Source of the DNA: Bugula neritina
Taxonomy: Eukaryota > Animalia > Bryozoa
Length of the DNA: 64,000 bases
Assembly: GCA_964035545.1 (NCBI GenBank)
Contig: OZ037765.1
Location: 19,034,995 to 19,098,994 of the forward strand
Direction of reading: 5' to 3'
This document shows, one piece after another, positions 10,101-28,589 of this stretch (position 1 is its first letter; each line of letters opens with the position of its first letter). Position numbers and translations under genes: made by a program. Below the pieces are notes generated by a model that saw only the letters and a list, made by a program, of their open reading frames with translations, had not been told where the DNA came from and did not search any database.

Positions 10101-13100
10101 TCAGCTACCTCTCCCATATTTGTCAGACCTCCACCAGAGTTTGAGAAGATCTCTGGAGCAGAGGGCGGGGAGGGTGATGGTAATGGCAAGGTATCAGTTA
10201 AATTGGCATTAATCAGTTAGCCTGTGGGTTTTCAACTGTGTGTCACCTGTGCTATTTAATGGTAATATATATGAGCTCTCCCTTCATTCTATGTTGCAGA
10301 ACTCAGATGTATCTTCCCAGGCTGTGCATGTTGTAGACTTGAATGTCCCAAAGTCTGTTTCATCAATGGCTAACAGGTAGCTCATTCGAAAGTATATTTT
10401 ACCAGTTTACCAACACATAAATATATTGATGGCAATTTTTTACTCTGTGTATTGCATAATGCGATAGCAGCAAAAGTGCATATTTGTACGGATGCAATTA
10501 GGTTTTATGATGGTAACTGTCCATCATGAATGTGTGGCTTTCTCACTGTCGGTTATTTAGCTTTCTATTAATTTATGTTTAGCCTTTTCTTTTCAATACT
10601 AGTCTGTAAGTGTATCGAAACAGTATATATTCTTTGATAGTAGGTGAGCCAGTCACCTAAAGCTCAAGTTCCCCCCCAATGTACTTAGCATTATATTTAT
10701 ATTTCTTACTGCTAAGAAAACATTTTTCTACTTGCCATATGGGTAGGCATTATGTAAAAGTGACACATAAACTGAGATATTTTGTACTGGTGTGTTTTGT
10801 AGCCACTTTCTATTGTTTGCATACAACTACAGTGTGACCTATTTGTAGTGCATATGTTCCTCCAGCTCTTAGAGGCGGGACCAAAGACTTGTCAGCTGTG
10901 TACAGCTGTTTGAAAATAGCCAGCCATGATGCCTCTTGTACTTGCCTTGTTTGCACGATCAGACATGTAAGCTCATGTTATTGTAGATATTAATATAGTT
11001 CAGTGCTCCTTCTGTATCTCACTAAGCTACAGGTCCTGAAACCTCAATTCGTGACATAGTAGAAAACTAGGTTTAACTCGCGAACCCGTTGAAATTGGCT
11101 ATTTTGTCCATATACACATATATAAGCCACAAAATGGTGGTTCATGCCCTTTTCGTAACCTATGGGATTTTTTGAGAAAGAGGTCCGTGAGCTATAGAGA
11201 GAGCACTGTACTCAGTAATGTTGGCATATTGTGGTTCTCTACTGCATATTATTTTACATCCTTGTATGCTTTGATAGAAGTTTTGTTTCTTCAGACCTTA
11301 GAAGAAAACAGTCTTTCACACAAAGAGAGGCTAGAGTGGATACTAGCGGTTGATTGGCCACCGTTGTCTACTAAAGAGGAAGCAGTTATGAGATGCTGTA
11401 TCACTGGTGATTTATTAAAGAGGTGAGAAACTTACCAGTGAATGTAGTAAATGGCGATGGACTAGCGTGAGGTATTGTAACACTGTAGTACAGACTCACT
11501 ATGATCTTTCATAACTGGCATATATCAATAGTTTAATTATTTATAGCCAATAGTACAATACATGATAGCCCTGCTCTGCCAGAGAGAGGGAGGAGCACAC
11601 ATATTTGGGCTACAACAATTATTTTATGATGACATGTTGTTCCAAACTCCTGCTATTATCTTGATGGGTTTTTGTTTTTTTACCTGAGTTTTATTTTTCT
11701 TTACACTGCAGTGAGGATAGGGAGCTACTTCTAAATATAATGCTAGGTTTATCGCAGTTTGCCCTTAAAAGCTCCAATAAAGAGAGAAAAGAAGTTGGAG
11801 ACAAAAGTCAAAGGAGATCTGTGGAGTCGTCTACCCAAGGTTTGACAAAATAATTATTACTTTCAACATGAAGTCGTTTTTCTTTCCTCTGTTGTTGTCT
11901 CATGTCTTTAATCAGGCATATTTTATTAATAGTCATCACAATGCTGCCTAGAATTTTTAGAGATCCAGCTTTTTATAATTTTACTAAATGGCCTGTCCTT
12001 TAAACTGTCCATCTTGAGTCATTTGATTTTTGTTTCATTGAAAATACTTGTACTATGCTATTATAATCAGAATTTGTAAGTTGAATTTAGCATGAACCTA
12101 ATTTTACTTTACTTTTTAAGAGTGCTTAGCACCATCAGCTTTTTTTTACTGAAATTACACTTACAAACTAAACTAATTTTTTCTAAGAACTGAATTTAAT
12201 TGAATAAAATTTTTTATGTAAGTTACAAATGTTGGGTCAATTTTTTCTTCTTGCACCTTCATATTGGGTGCAATTTGTTATCTATGTTTGCATATGTATT
12301 TACAGTTACTTCAACACCCAACAAACTAGTCCTTAGCTCAGCCCAGCTTAGCAATGATTCTGCTTCATCAGTTGATGGTAAGCCAAACAGCGAGGACATC
12401 ACAATAGTTAAACTCAGTCCAACTCTGCCTTCTCAGTCCCTCCAGTCAGACTTTTACTCTCTCTCACTAACTGGTGAAGGTAAATCAAATCTTTAAATCG
12501 TTTCAGCTAGTTTGAACACTGCTAAGTGATGTCCAAACTTATATACAGTTTCAAATCATTGAAATCATTTCCATTTTATGAATGGATAAACATCAATAAC
12601 TTTTTCTATTGATTTAGCATCTATTTTGGGCCTAGAATTCTGATAGTTCAATATAGAATCAAACTGCTTTTGCAATTTACTAATGACTACTCATGTTTAT
12701 ATGTAAAAAAACTATTTCTGGAAACTTTTTGGGCATAGATCGAAACAATGTTCATTTGCAATTGAATGCATATAGTGATTGCATTAGTGTGTGTAGCCAT
12801 GTGTAATAATATTTTTCCACGTTTGCAGAAGCTGTTGAATCTCCAGCCACTAAACTGTCAGTAGCTGCACCTTATGGTTTGCCCGAGGATCACCCTGACA
12901 ACTGGTCGGACCCAGAAGATCCCTTCCTAGATGACTCATCATCAGATAGTGATCCAGATTTTATTTTAGAGAGTAGTGCTAGTGCCATTCAAGCAAATCA
13001 AAATGCTGCGAAAATTGACCAGTGGACCAGCAACTCACCGAGATCTAACATCAGCAGCCGGACTGTCTCTCAAGAAGTGAAAAGACGAAGCAGTCCCTTT

Positions 13101-14091
13101 GAACCTATTAACTCTGAAGTAACTCAAAAGCCTGCAATGGGAATGGTTGGCAGAGGTCGAGGGTCACCACTGTTGAGGATGTACAATAGTCCTATCAGTA
13201 GCCCAACCCGCCCGATGAAAGGCTTCAACAGTACGGCCTATCCTAAGAAATCTACTGAAGGTATGAGTCAGCCAGGGAGGTTTGTTACTGGCTCAAATCT
13301 CGGCATCAAACAACCAAATAGTCCAAAACGTTTTGTCAAACATGGGAATACGCAGGTGAGTTAAGGCTGATCTTATTGTGGTTTTGCGCTTTCTCTGCAA
13401 CGGATTTCATACATTACAGCTACCATTTTTTAACTGGTGTGACTTTTTCCTTATGCATGATATGATTTTTTTGATCAAGACAAATTAGCTCACCAATATT
13501 TGCTATGGAATTATTGATCATAAGTTAACCTACAGAATACTCAATAGGTCCATGAATTATTCTCAGTTCAGTTCTGCTTTGAAGATCACCAGGACTTCCC
13601 GGCTCCAATCTTGTATAATTCTCTCTTTTTATGTGACATGTATTGGGAAATTTGGCTGCTATTCTTTTAGTTGTCGGAACTTTTTAAAGGTTTCGAATGA
13701 AGACCAGCTTTCATATGATTACTGACTGCAGTTATAAATTTTCCTGTGTTTTAACAACTTACTCTAATTCTGCGTGCATCTACTATTGTTAATTCATTCT
13801 CATCACTTTGTTTGCAGTTGAAAATGAATATCAGTGTAAGATGAGTTCAGTGTAAGATGTATATTCTATAGAACTAAATTACAGGTTGCAAGTTATGGAC
13901 TTGGTCTGTCTGCAACTCAACCAGCACCATCTAGAAACCCAACTGCCTCACAGGGAGCACCTACTACTACTGCATCCTCCAGCAGTGCAATATCCAGCTT
14001 CGGTATGATCATGTACTGCACATTCTGTGGAAATACCCAGCATAGCAGTGCCAATTGTCCAGATGGCACAAAAAACCTGTTTATATCATAA
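7171..14091 (+). CDS. Extended-Tudor-domain protein with long low-complexity region and C-terminal CCHC zinc knuckle (~705 aa, 13 exons)
   Basis: Exons 7171-7231, 7686-7863, 8315-8450, 8824-8933, 9214-9277, 9981-10190, 10300-10376, 10849-10966, 11295-11422, 11712-11839, 12306-12479, 12829-13355, 13885-14091; all GT-AG with consistent phases. eTudor motifs VSYIVHPGEFYAQ, DGTYVRAKV, LMDYG, PQARKFSLAFVKP, WSSGA, LIQAGFA. Knuckle CTFCGNTQHSSANC. Confidence 0.85.
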
Positions 14092-14465
14092 TTAAAATGT
14101 TCAAGATTACAAGACTAAATCTATGCAAGTATTGGCATTATATGTGGCTCTTATTCTACTAGTTGATTATCTTGTATAGGCTAAACTGTTGGCTAGAAGT
14201 TTTAAAATTAACTTATGGCATTATTTCACATGTATATTTCAGCTCAAATATTTTTAAAAAGGTGCTATGTGAACACAGCTTTATTTCTGTTAATTATTTC
14301 TGTTGATTATATCTGTTATTAATTTATGTTCTCTTATTAATTAAAGTACACAAATATAAAATAAAATATAATAAACATAGTCTATACATTATATGGGATT
14401 TATGTACAAATACTCTACAGTAATGTCTATCATCATTCCTGTACTATAATTCAGGCTCTCAGCTG

Positions 14466-16707
14466 CTAATGTACTGCATCCAGAGGTCTGTTAAACCCAC
14501 CTCTTCTGTTCATATACTGCCTACAAATTACAACATGCAATGGGATAAAATTATAATTCAACCGGTTAAGTCATATGCTGGTCTCAAATCAGTAACGCCC
14601 TATATGCTCATGCATACTTTGAGTCAGATATGCTTGAATACACGATGTAGACATGTATGTAGAAGGAGCAGTGGTTAGAGCTTGAGCCCAGCAATCACTG
14701 GGTCACGGGTTCAAATCTCAGCAGCAATATTAGTGATGTCAGGACTGAGAAAAAGCATCGGCTCATAAACAAGTGCTTAGCCTGCTTAAAAACCCGCCAT
14801 CAGTTTTTTACAGGGACGTAGACTTCAAACAGATGTAAGTTTTTAATGCAGACATGAATATACTCTGATTACTTATTGCTAGAAGCAGCCCGTGAGCAAA
14901 CTATAAAAAATGTAGGATTAAAAAACATTACATAAAGCCTTCAAACCTGTAGTTTCTTTTCAATTTTACATGCACAGCTCCAGCATCATTTCCTTCAACC
15001 TTTTTGCCCTAAAATTATAGCAAATTTGCTAAAACAAACTTCTTGACTCGTCACAAAAGCGTTCCATTTATGAATGAGCACACAATTTATACATGTAATA
15101 CAGTATAGACAATAGGTTTACGCTTTGTTACAAAATACCACACTTTGCATAATACTTGAAATATTTCAAGCAATAGTACAGGCATATAGATTTTATTCTG
15201 GGAAAATGAATTACATTTCAATTATTTTAGTGAATTAAACATTAAAACTACAGCATTTTTAGCACCATCTGGGAATTGCAAAATTAACATGTCTGCATAA
15301 AATCGGCTAACCTTTGTAGAGTTGAAGCCACCAAACCCCATCAACTTCATCATCTCTATTTCATCCTCGGTTTTGCCAGCAAAGTCCTCAGCTTCAAATA
15401 AAAGTAATCATGAGTTTTTATGTATTTGGAGCTAATAATAGCACATTATACTACAATTTGCATAAAAAAGAAACATACAATATGAAAGTAATTGAACTAC
15501 CTGTAAACTTCTTTTTCTCTTCTTTGAAAGGCTTTGAGCTGATGTAAAACAAGAAATGACATCAAAATTAAATTACAAATATGCATATCAGAAGCCAGGG
15601 TGACGGTGAGGTAAAAATCAATATTTAAAATACTTGTATGTAGAAACTGTAACCAATCAGTTGAGTTCCTAAGGAGTTGAAATTACTTTGAAGGAAAGAA
15701 AGTGACTTTGAATGAAATGGAGTGACTTTTACATTTTGTCAGCAGAAGACAGGCCAAGCAAAAGTGAGCTTTTTAATATTTAAAGCTTTTCTGTCACCTA
15801 GTTTTTTATGCTGCTAGAAATTTTGAGATTCAAAATTAAGATGGCACATGTTTACACATTGGCCAGCACACACATACTGTAATATATTATTATATAGTTA
15901 TATACTCGTGTATATATAAAGGGGCAAGATATTCTATAAAAGCATTATAAGCAGCTAAATGGTGCATCAGTAATACTTTTTACTAAAACATTTTACTCTA
16001 TTTTAAATTATCAACTACTAAAACTTATCATAACCTGTTAACTATTGATTATACAATTTTTTTGCATGTATAAACACCAATGTTGTCGAGAATTGGCAAG
16101 TTTCAAGCTTTCTAATTTAAGAAAAAAAAAGTACACTGCCAGGTGACAGAATGCCCCTTCACTGCAGTTTGAAGATAAATCTCCGGTAGTCATCACGGCA
16201 CAGCTATCATTCAACAATAAGAGAGTAACTAAAGCCTTTCATGAAGAAGTTTTTATACCTCCCAGCAGCAACTCTCGACTTATCAGGTGACCGCGATCGT
16301 CTGCTATATCTGTCACCACGATCCCTGCCTCTATCTTCTCGATCTGACCTTTCTAAACGAGGTTCATAATCCCTTCTACCTCCACGATCCCTTTCTCCCC
16401 TGTCTGCAAATTAACCACTTGAAAATAAAATGCTGCAAGAAATGCCCATCATGAATATGTATAAAGTAAAGATTGTTATAAGAGTGTTTAAATTTAAGCC
16501 AAGAAAAACTATATATTATTGAGTATAATATTGTCTTACCACGTCTATCGCCTCTCTCTCTTGACCTATCACGGGGGCGTTCTACAACAGTACAAAACAA
16601 CGAGTTATCCAAGCCAGTTTAAAATTTTCAGCTAGATTTCAAAACAATTCAATTTGAAATGTACCTCTTCTAGGAGATCTTGAACGACTTCTACTTCGAC
16701 GAGGCAT
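14466..16707 (-). CDS. SNRNP27: U4/U6.U5 tri-snRNP 27 kDa protein (154 aa, 7 coding exons)
   Basis: Exons 16707-16665, 16581-16540, 16403-16259, 15538-15501, 15391-15312, 15008-14947, 14520-14466. RS-rich N-terminus, then [38 protein letters not shown]. Confidence 0.95.
14660..14830 (+). mobile_element. Degenerate tRNA-derived SINE-like repeat in an SNRNP27 intron
   Basis: A-box-like GTGGTTAGAGC and B-box GGGTTCAAATC. Body weakly resembles 46551-46750. Confidence 0.5.
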
Positions 16708-17741
16708 CTTTAGAAGAGGATAGGAATCTACAATCAACTGAAACTTTATATCTAAGAAACTAACCATTTAACATGAGAGTTACCATATTTACAACCTTGA
16801 GAAACAATCATAAGTCAAAAACATATCCCCATTTTAATTTAAGATATACAGACATTCATACACGCACATATAAAGCTTCCTAAAAATCATAGATGAGTAT
16901 GGCTATGAATACATAGATATGAACAATTGAAACTATAGCTAAGAGCATAAAAATAATTGTATACGTTTAATTTATTATATTCACCACTTCCACATTTACT
17001 ATTGTTAGAACCAGTGATTAATACAAGATGGTTTAAATATACTAATCACTATGAGTAGCCAGATCAATGTCATTGTGAATAATGTTCTTCATTTTTTATT
17101 TTAAGTTATCTAATAATATTAAATAAATATTGCAATTGTAATATATACCCAATAGCAATGGTAAACAAGCATAAGAATATTTAAACTGCAAGTTAGCATG
17201 GTACTAAAATTTATCAGAGATGAAAACGGGTAATAAATCAGGTTTGTAGACATGGTGGAAATTTATTTTGTTAGTGAGACATATAGAAATATGTGTATGA
17301 TTTGAGTGTAAAATAGCATAGCCGCAAAAACAAAATTAAAAAACTTGATTTGATTTGAAATAATCAAGTAGTTTGTGAGCTAAAAAAATCTTTTAGTTAG
17401 TCAGCCACTTACATAAAGAAGAAGGTAATCTATTAAACATGATTGCTATTTATTTACAGTTGACGTCATCAACTCAACGCCAAGCAAGTAGTTAGTTAAG
17501 TATTTTGGGTATATTGAAATTACTTAAAATAGTTCATGTTTAATGTTATTGTTATAACAGTATAAGTATAACTATAAGTACAAGTATTACTTATTTACTA
17601 TTAGTAAAATAAGTGACGATAAAATTAAAAGTAAAAGTAAAGTTAAGGAAAGTTAAGTTAAGAGAGTGTGTTATTATTAGCACACAGTTACATTCATACG
17701 ATTCAACTAGTTAATTTTATAGTTGCATAAAAGGTGCTACA

Positions 17742-19950
17742 ATGCCACCAAAAACTAAAGATAAATTTGCGCAATGTGGTAAAAAAGCTGATGAACAAAA
17801 ATTTCATCTCAGGATTTGTTGTGACTGTTGTGAATCCTGGTATCACAGCCAGTGCCACAATCTTTCCAAGCAAGAGGCAAACCTGATTTCAACAGCTGAT
17901 AAGAAAGGCATTAGGTGGTTTTGCCATATCTGCTGCTCGACCCTTATAGTCATAAAATTCTCAGGCTACCACAACTGATGAAAAACTTGAAGCAATATAT
18001 TAGTCAATTAAGAACTTTTCCACCAAATTGGAAAATGCAGTCGACCCTAACCATAGCGGCAAGAGCGACACACCATACCGTGATGCTCTAAAATTAAACA
18101 CTGAAACCATATTGAAATCTGTCTGTGAAAATGCTGTTACCATCAAAAAATTTCAGGAATTGCTCTAGCAATCTTTGGATAACGCAGATTCTGGCGCCCG
18201 TAAAGTCAATACCATTTTATTTGGCCTGAAAGAAAAACCTGAAAAAACAGTTCCAACACAAGTGTCAGAATTTTTAAACAAAGAATGCTTTTCAAACATG
18301 TGTAAGCCAGTAAGTGCAAATCGATTGGGAGCAAAAAAAGAAGGCAGGATCCGACCCATAAAATTAAAGCTCAACAATGAAGCTGAAAAATGGGAACTTC
18401 TATGAAGAGTTAACCATAACTGTAGAGAGACCAGTATTCTGCTTACTTGATTGCTTCAAAACACAACGTGACGAAGAGTTCAAGTTGAGACAAACAGCTA
18501 AGCAACTTAAATCTGACAATCCAGGCACCAACTCCAAGACAAGAGATATGTCAATCCAAACTCTAACGGCACAGGGGGAATGGAAGCAAATGAGACAGGA
18601 CTCAACAGGGAACTGGCTTTTTTTTCAGCAGACTGTCTGTGACTGGTTGTGTGTTGCCCACTATAAATAACTGTTAACCCCATTAACCTCCTATTTATGT
18701 TTAGGTGACATACGTCAGCAGGCATTACTTATCTGCCTTGTGCTGACTATTAGATTTGCGGTCAGGTCATGGTGGTTGGGGTGGCTGTCATTCTTGCCCT
18801 ACCTTTATCGGGCTAGGTTGGTACCCTGAGGCTACCCAGTGGATGTTTACTATGTTTTGGGACACAATCATTGTAGTAATTTTTAGGGACAATAGTTGTT
18901 TATGCAATATGTTTTTGCCTGGTACAGTAACAGCAATCAGAGTATATAAACACTCAACAAACTCAATACAGTTGGCAGCACTCTTTAACAAAACTGTACT
19001 TACTATTTTACTAATCTACTGGTTTGAGAATATATTATTTACTGGCACTGCTTATGAAGTACCCAAGAGGTTGGTTACTTTTATTGATATTATTATCTGA
19101 ATTATTATTTTACAATAAATTTACTTTTATGGCTCTTGTGAGCATTACTTTAACATTTTTAACTACATTTATATGCATGCAATCATTTATATAACTTCTG
19201 CCTTTCTTATTCAGTGTTTACCAGCAAGTTTAACACCAAGTATAATCTACAATAAACTTCTGCGTTTGGAAATCCTGGTTTATTTATACGGGGCCAGTAA
19301 CACTGTCAATCAGTCAACCAACTCCAACACATAAGACTGCTGTATACCAACTGCATGTCCGCAAAGGGCAAAACAACAGAACTATGGTCTTTAACAACTG
19401 ACTAAGATATAATTTGTCTAATTTGACCTAAAATTCATTAATCATATTGATGACAAAATAAGCAAAGCTAAGAGACAATTAGGTATGATTAAGCGTGCCT
19501 TGTTTAATGCACCTGAAAAAGCCAAACTTCTATCATACATCTCACTCTGTAGGCCACAACTAGAATATGCAGCAGTAGTTTGGGATCTCAGTTTGCAATA
19601 CCTCATCAAAGATATAGAACAGGTGCAAAATATTGCTATCAGATTCATTGCTAAATTGAAAGGCAGAGACAGTATCAGTGCGGCAAGTGACAAACTAAAC
19701 CTAGAAACTCTCACCGACAGATGCCTCAAGCTGAGGTGTAAGTTACTGTTGCAACTTCTATCTAATGAGGAAAATCATGCATCTCTAACCAACTCCTATG
19801 ATGAACTGATGAGCAGTAAAACCCAACATACTAGGTCTACTAGGGCATCAAGCAGGGGCAATCCCCAACCATTTTTGCAAAATCAGCAGCCCACTACACC
19901 AGCTTCCTTTCAAAAACAGTCCGGGAGCTTAAATCTATCCCAAATAATTA
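17742..19950 (+). mobile_element. Degenerate CR1/L2-group non-LTR retrotransposon, internally deleted
   Basis: Frameshifted ORF1 with a PHD finger (CCDCCESWYHSQC..WFCHIC) and NTILFGLKE..RLG..RPIKLKL. ORF2 endonuclease start (LYTNC.SAKGK, ~19340) is joined to the post-RT C-terminus (KAKRQLGMIKR..YISLCRPQLEYAAVVWD..IEQVQNIAIRFI). Confidence 0.85.
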
Positions 19951-22616
19951 GTCAATACACCAGAGTTGCATATGTGCAACACTTGGAAAATACTTGCTGG
20001 CCTGTAATCAGAAACTGTAGAGGCGTGCGTCTTGCTACATGCTCTAGAGCGTACTAAACAAGAAGAGAATAGATAAGGTAAAAGGCAGAGTACAACAGTA
20101 AGTAACTGTAAGTGTAAGTGCAACTTACAGTTACTAACTACTTACACTCAGTTCTACAGTGTGAGTGCAAGTCTAATCGAGTAAAACTAAAAGTAAAACT
20201 GAAACTGAAAGTAAATACAATACACTCCAAAACCGACTTTATACACTTACTCTTACAGTACAACTATGACAATGAGTACCAGTATGAGTTATACTTAAAC
20301 TTAAAGTGTTATTATGATTATCAGACTGATAATCACTATCAGTGCGACCACAGGCACATGACAAGTAAAATTCAAATTAAATATAAAAACTAAAAAGTAC
20401 AACTAGTAGTAGTAGTACTACTACTACTGAACTACAACTATTACTAATACTGATACTAATAGTAATAGTAATACTAATAGTAATAGTAATAGTACAAGTA
20501 ATACTGATACTCATACTCATACTGATACTCACTCTCAGGGTGATACTGATTGTTACTTTAAGATTGACACCTTACAGGAGACTCAGACACTAACACAAAT
20601 GCTAGCTTTAACCAATTATCATTATTATTATAATACTAATAAATTATAATAATAATTTAATTGTGATCAGCATGAAACGAAAATTGTCAGTTAAAATCTA
20701 AATAAATGACCTTGCATCGAAAAGTATGTGGAGCCATTAATTTTCCTATGAATCGACGAAACCCGAAATGATAAACTACCTAATATGACCGAGGTCCGTG
20801 TATCAGCTAAAGAGTTGTCTTCTTAATCATAACAAGTAAAAAGAGATATAACTCCATATAACCAAATGTGATGGTTAAAAAATTGACGCGCTAAAAAATT
20901 TATAGGTCAGCAACTTATGTTTGTTTGCGTTTTTTTGAAACTTGGGTAGACTCTAATGTTATAATGTATAGTATTAGCACATCTCACTAGGCTCAAACTA
21001 TAATTAGAAGTTTTCATGCAGCTGTTCACAAATGCATCCAACTCAAAGCTATCACGCACTTTTTCTTATGTACTAAAAGCATATTGATTATATAGTCCAA
21101 TCAAAGTAATTTGGGGCCTCCGTTTGTCTTTAAAATTTTATTTTATATGTCAATATGAGCATTATTACCTGATTTTTTATCAAGGTATTTAAGCAGTCTG
21201 CAACGTGTTATATAACAGCGTGAGGGACCCCTCTCCCACACATTAAACACTTGTCATAGCACAGCATATAATAATATATTATATACTATTTTTATAGTTG
21301 CCTCATTTAAATAACAGTATATAATATATAATATTATTTATAGGATGGATAATATGCATGTTTAGCAAAAATTTTTCCTTTTATTACAAGTAAATAATAG
21401 TGCAAACTGGAATAAAAATTCTACATTACACTCGTTTAGTAAATTCCTGTGCTGAGCTGTTATGTTTTTATAACAGTCAATAATTTGGAAACATTTCAAC
21501 TGCCAGCCACTTTTTAGCATAATATTATAAAGTTTAGTTAATATAAATATAATAGCTCCTTTTGGCTATATGTTCAAAGTATAATTGTTATTATGGTGAA
21601 GTGGACATACTAAAATAATGATACATTTATTAACTAAAGCTTATAAAAAATATTGTTTTGCTATAATGAATGGTAAAGTTTTGTAAGAAGTTTTTGCATG
21701 CAGAAACTCCTTTTGGAAATCGTGCCAATTATTATTTATGTAAATAGTTTAATTTTGATTCAGAATAATATAATTCAAATCGTTCAATTCTACAAATTGT
21801 TATATTTCCTATAAGTATGAAATTGTATATGTAGATCTATCATATTTTTTATACTAGAGTAATATAAAACTAATTGAGCCTCAAATGCAGCAGCATCATT
21901 ATTTTATCAACTGTTTTCAACCTGCAAATTTTCACAGCTTTAAGGTTATGCAAAAATGTGTAATTGGAAGGGAAAATATTGCTTGATAATTTCCGATTTC
22001 ATCACTATATATTGTAGCCAATATATTATTTGTAAAATAATTAGTGTTGTTGGTAATAAATAAAATTGTGCAGAAGTAGTTGGGTCAAATTTCAATTTAT
22101 TTAGCAAATAAAATTACGTTCCCATTAAAAAAAGGCAGATAACCAAATAACTACAGGCTGATAGTTCAACTAAACTAAATTGATGTAACATGCAAAAAGT
22201 ACTTTGGCAAATATCTAGCTGCTCAAAAAGCATTTAACACGTAATGCAGCTGTAAAATGGGTACAAAAAAGAACATTTTTTAGGATTAAATGAAAAATTA
22301 CATCATGCTTTTATACCATTACTAATAAGGAATCACAATCTTACAGTGCACTACATAAAATACTTAACATCAAGTCTCATCCAACTGGCCTGCTAGGATT
22401 AAAGATAGTATACATTAAATTCCTGGCATTTAATCACAACTGCAGTAGATAAAACTATAGAAACACTGCAACCATCCCAAACAACCAATACAGTAACTAG
22501 TATAAAGTTTAAATATGGGCATATCTAGAATAAATAGTGGGAAATTAGGGGAAAAGGACATTAAAGTTGGAAGAAAATCCTTTGAATTTCAATTTTTAAA
22601 TAAGGAGAAAAAATGC

Positions 22617-27736
<5,120 letters not shown>

Positions 27737-28589
27737 GTTTTATTGTGTGTTCTACAAAGTAGTAAAAACATTAGTACTGAAACAAAGCTCAATTTAGACA
27801 ATTATAATATTCACCACTCTAGAAGTTCTGTTTTAAGTTTCAACAATTGCCCCTAAGCATTGCACCAAACTAAATTTAATGGAGTTTGCGAAAATCGAAT
27901 AATTTTATGGCAATAAGACTGATCATGAAATTTTATTTTTTCATATTATATCACAGATATTAGGAATTACGATGCGAGAAATATTTTTTTATTTATGAAG
28001 ATATTCTGAGCTGGTATTAGTTAATATGGTAGATTGAATTTAATAAATTGCAATAACACTGACTTGATAAACTACAACATTGATATTTTCTACACAAGAA
28101 AATACAATATGAGCCCATAATACAACAGACATCTTGGTCATTTTACAAAATGCATAAACTGCAATTTTGTTAAACGTTCAGACTAATCATTATATTTGCT
28201 TTTATACTAGCTTGATACAATAATCTACAAAATTATAATGCATTCTATATTTTATGTGAATTATATAAAACAGCATTCATATAACGTAACAAAAAACGAC
28301 CAAGCAAGTAAAAAACCATTATGCGATAATAGCTGATTCTAACATTGCATTTCATACTAACAAGAAATTATAAGATTGCATGACATGCACATGCAGGCTA
28401 ATATTAAACGAGAATAATGTAATAGTTCATGGAAAAGAAAAATGTGTGACACTTGTTTGCATAAGTAGGTTTGCTGTTACTTGTATGCTTTTTACCATGT
28501 CACTTTACTTGTTGAGTATCTTTGCAGGTAGAGCAACATTGCCTGCAATCTATTAGAGACCTTGTGTATTGACTTTCTAAAACTCAGAA

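Noticed and set aside
11026-11193. Possible small TIR element with AGCT flanks
   Set aside because: Terminal match is short and imperfect, with no second copy in the window.
20090-20680. CRISPR array or coding repeat
   Set aside because: Eukaryotic context, no fixed repeat-spacer structure, and the ORFs here are low-complexity artefacts.
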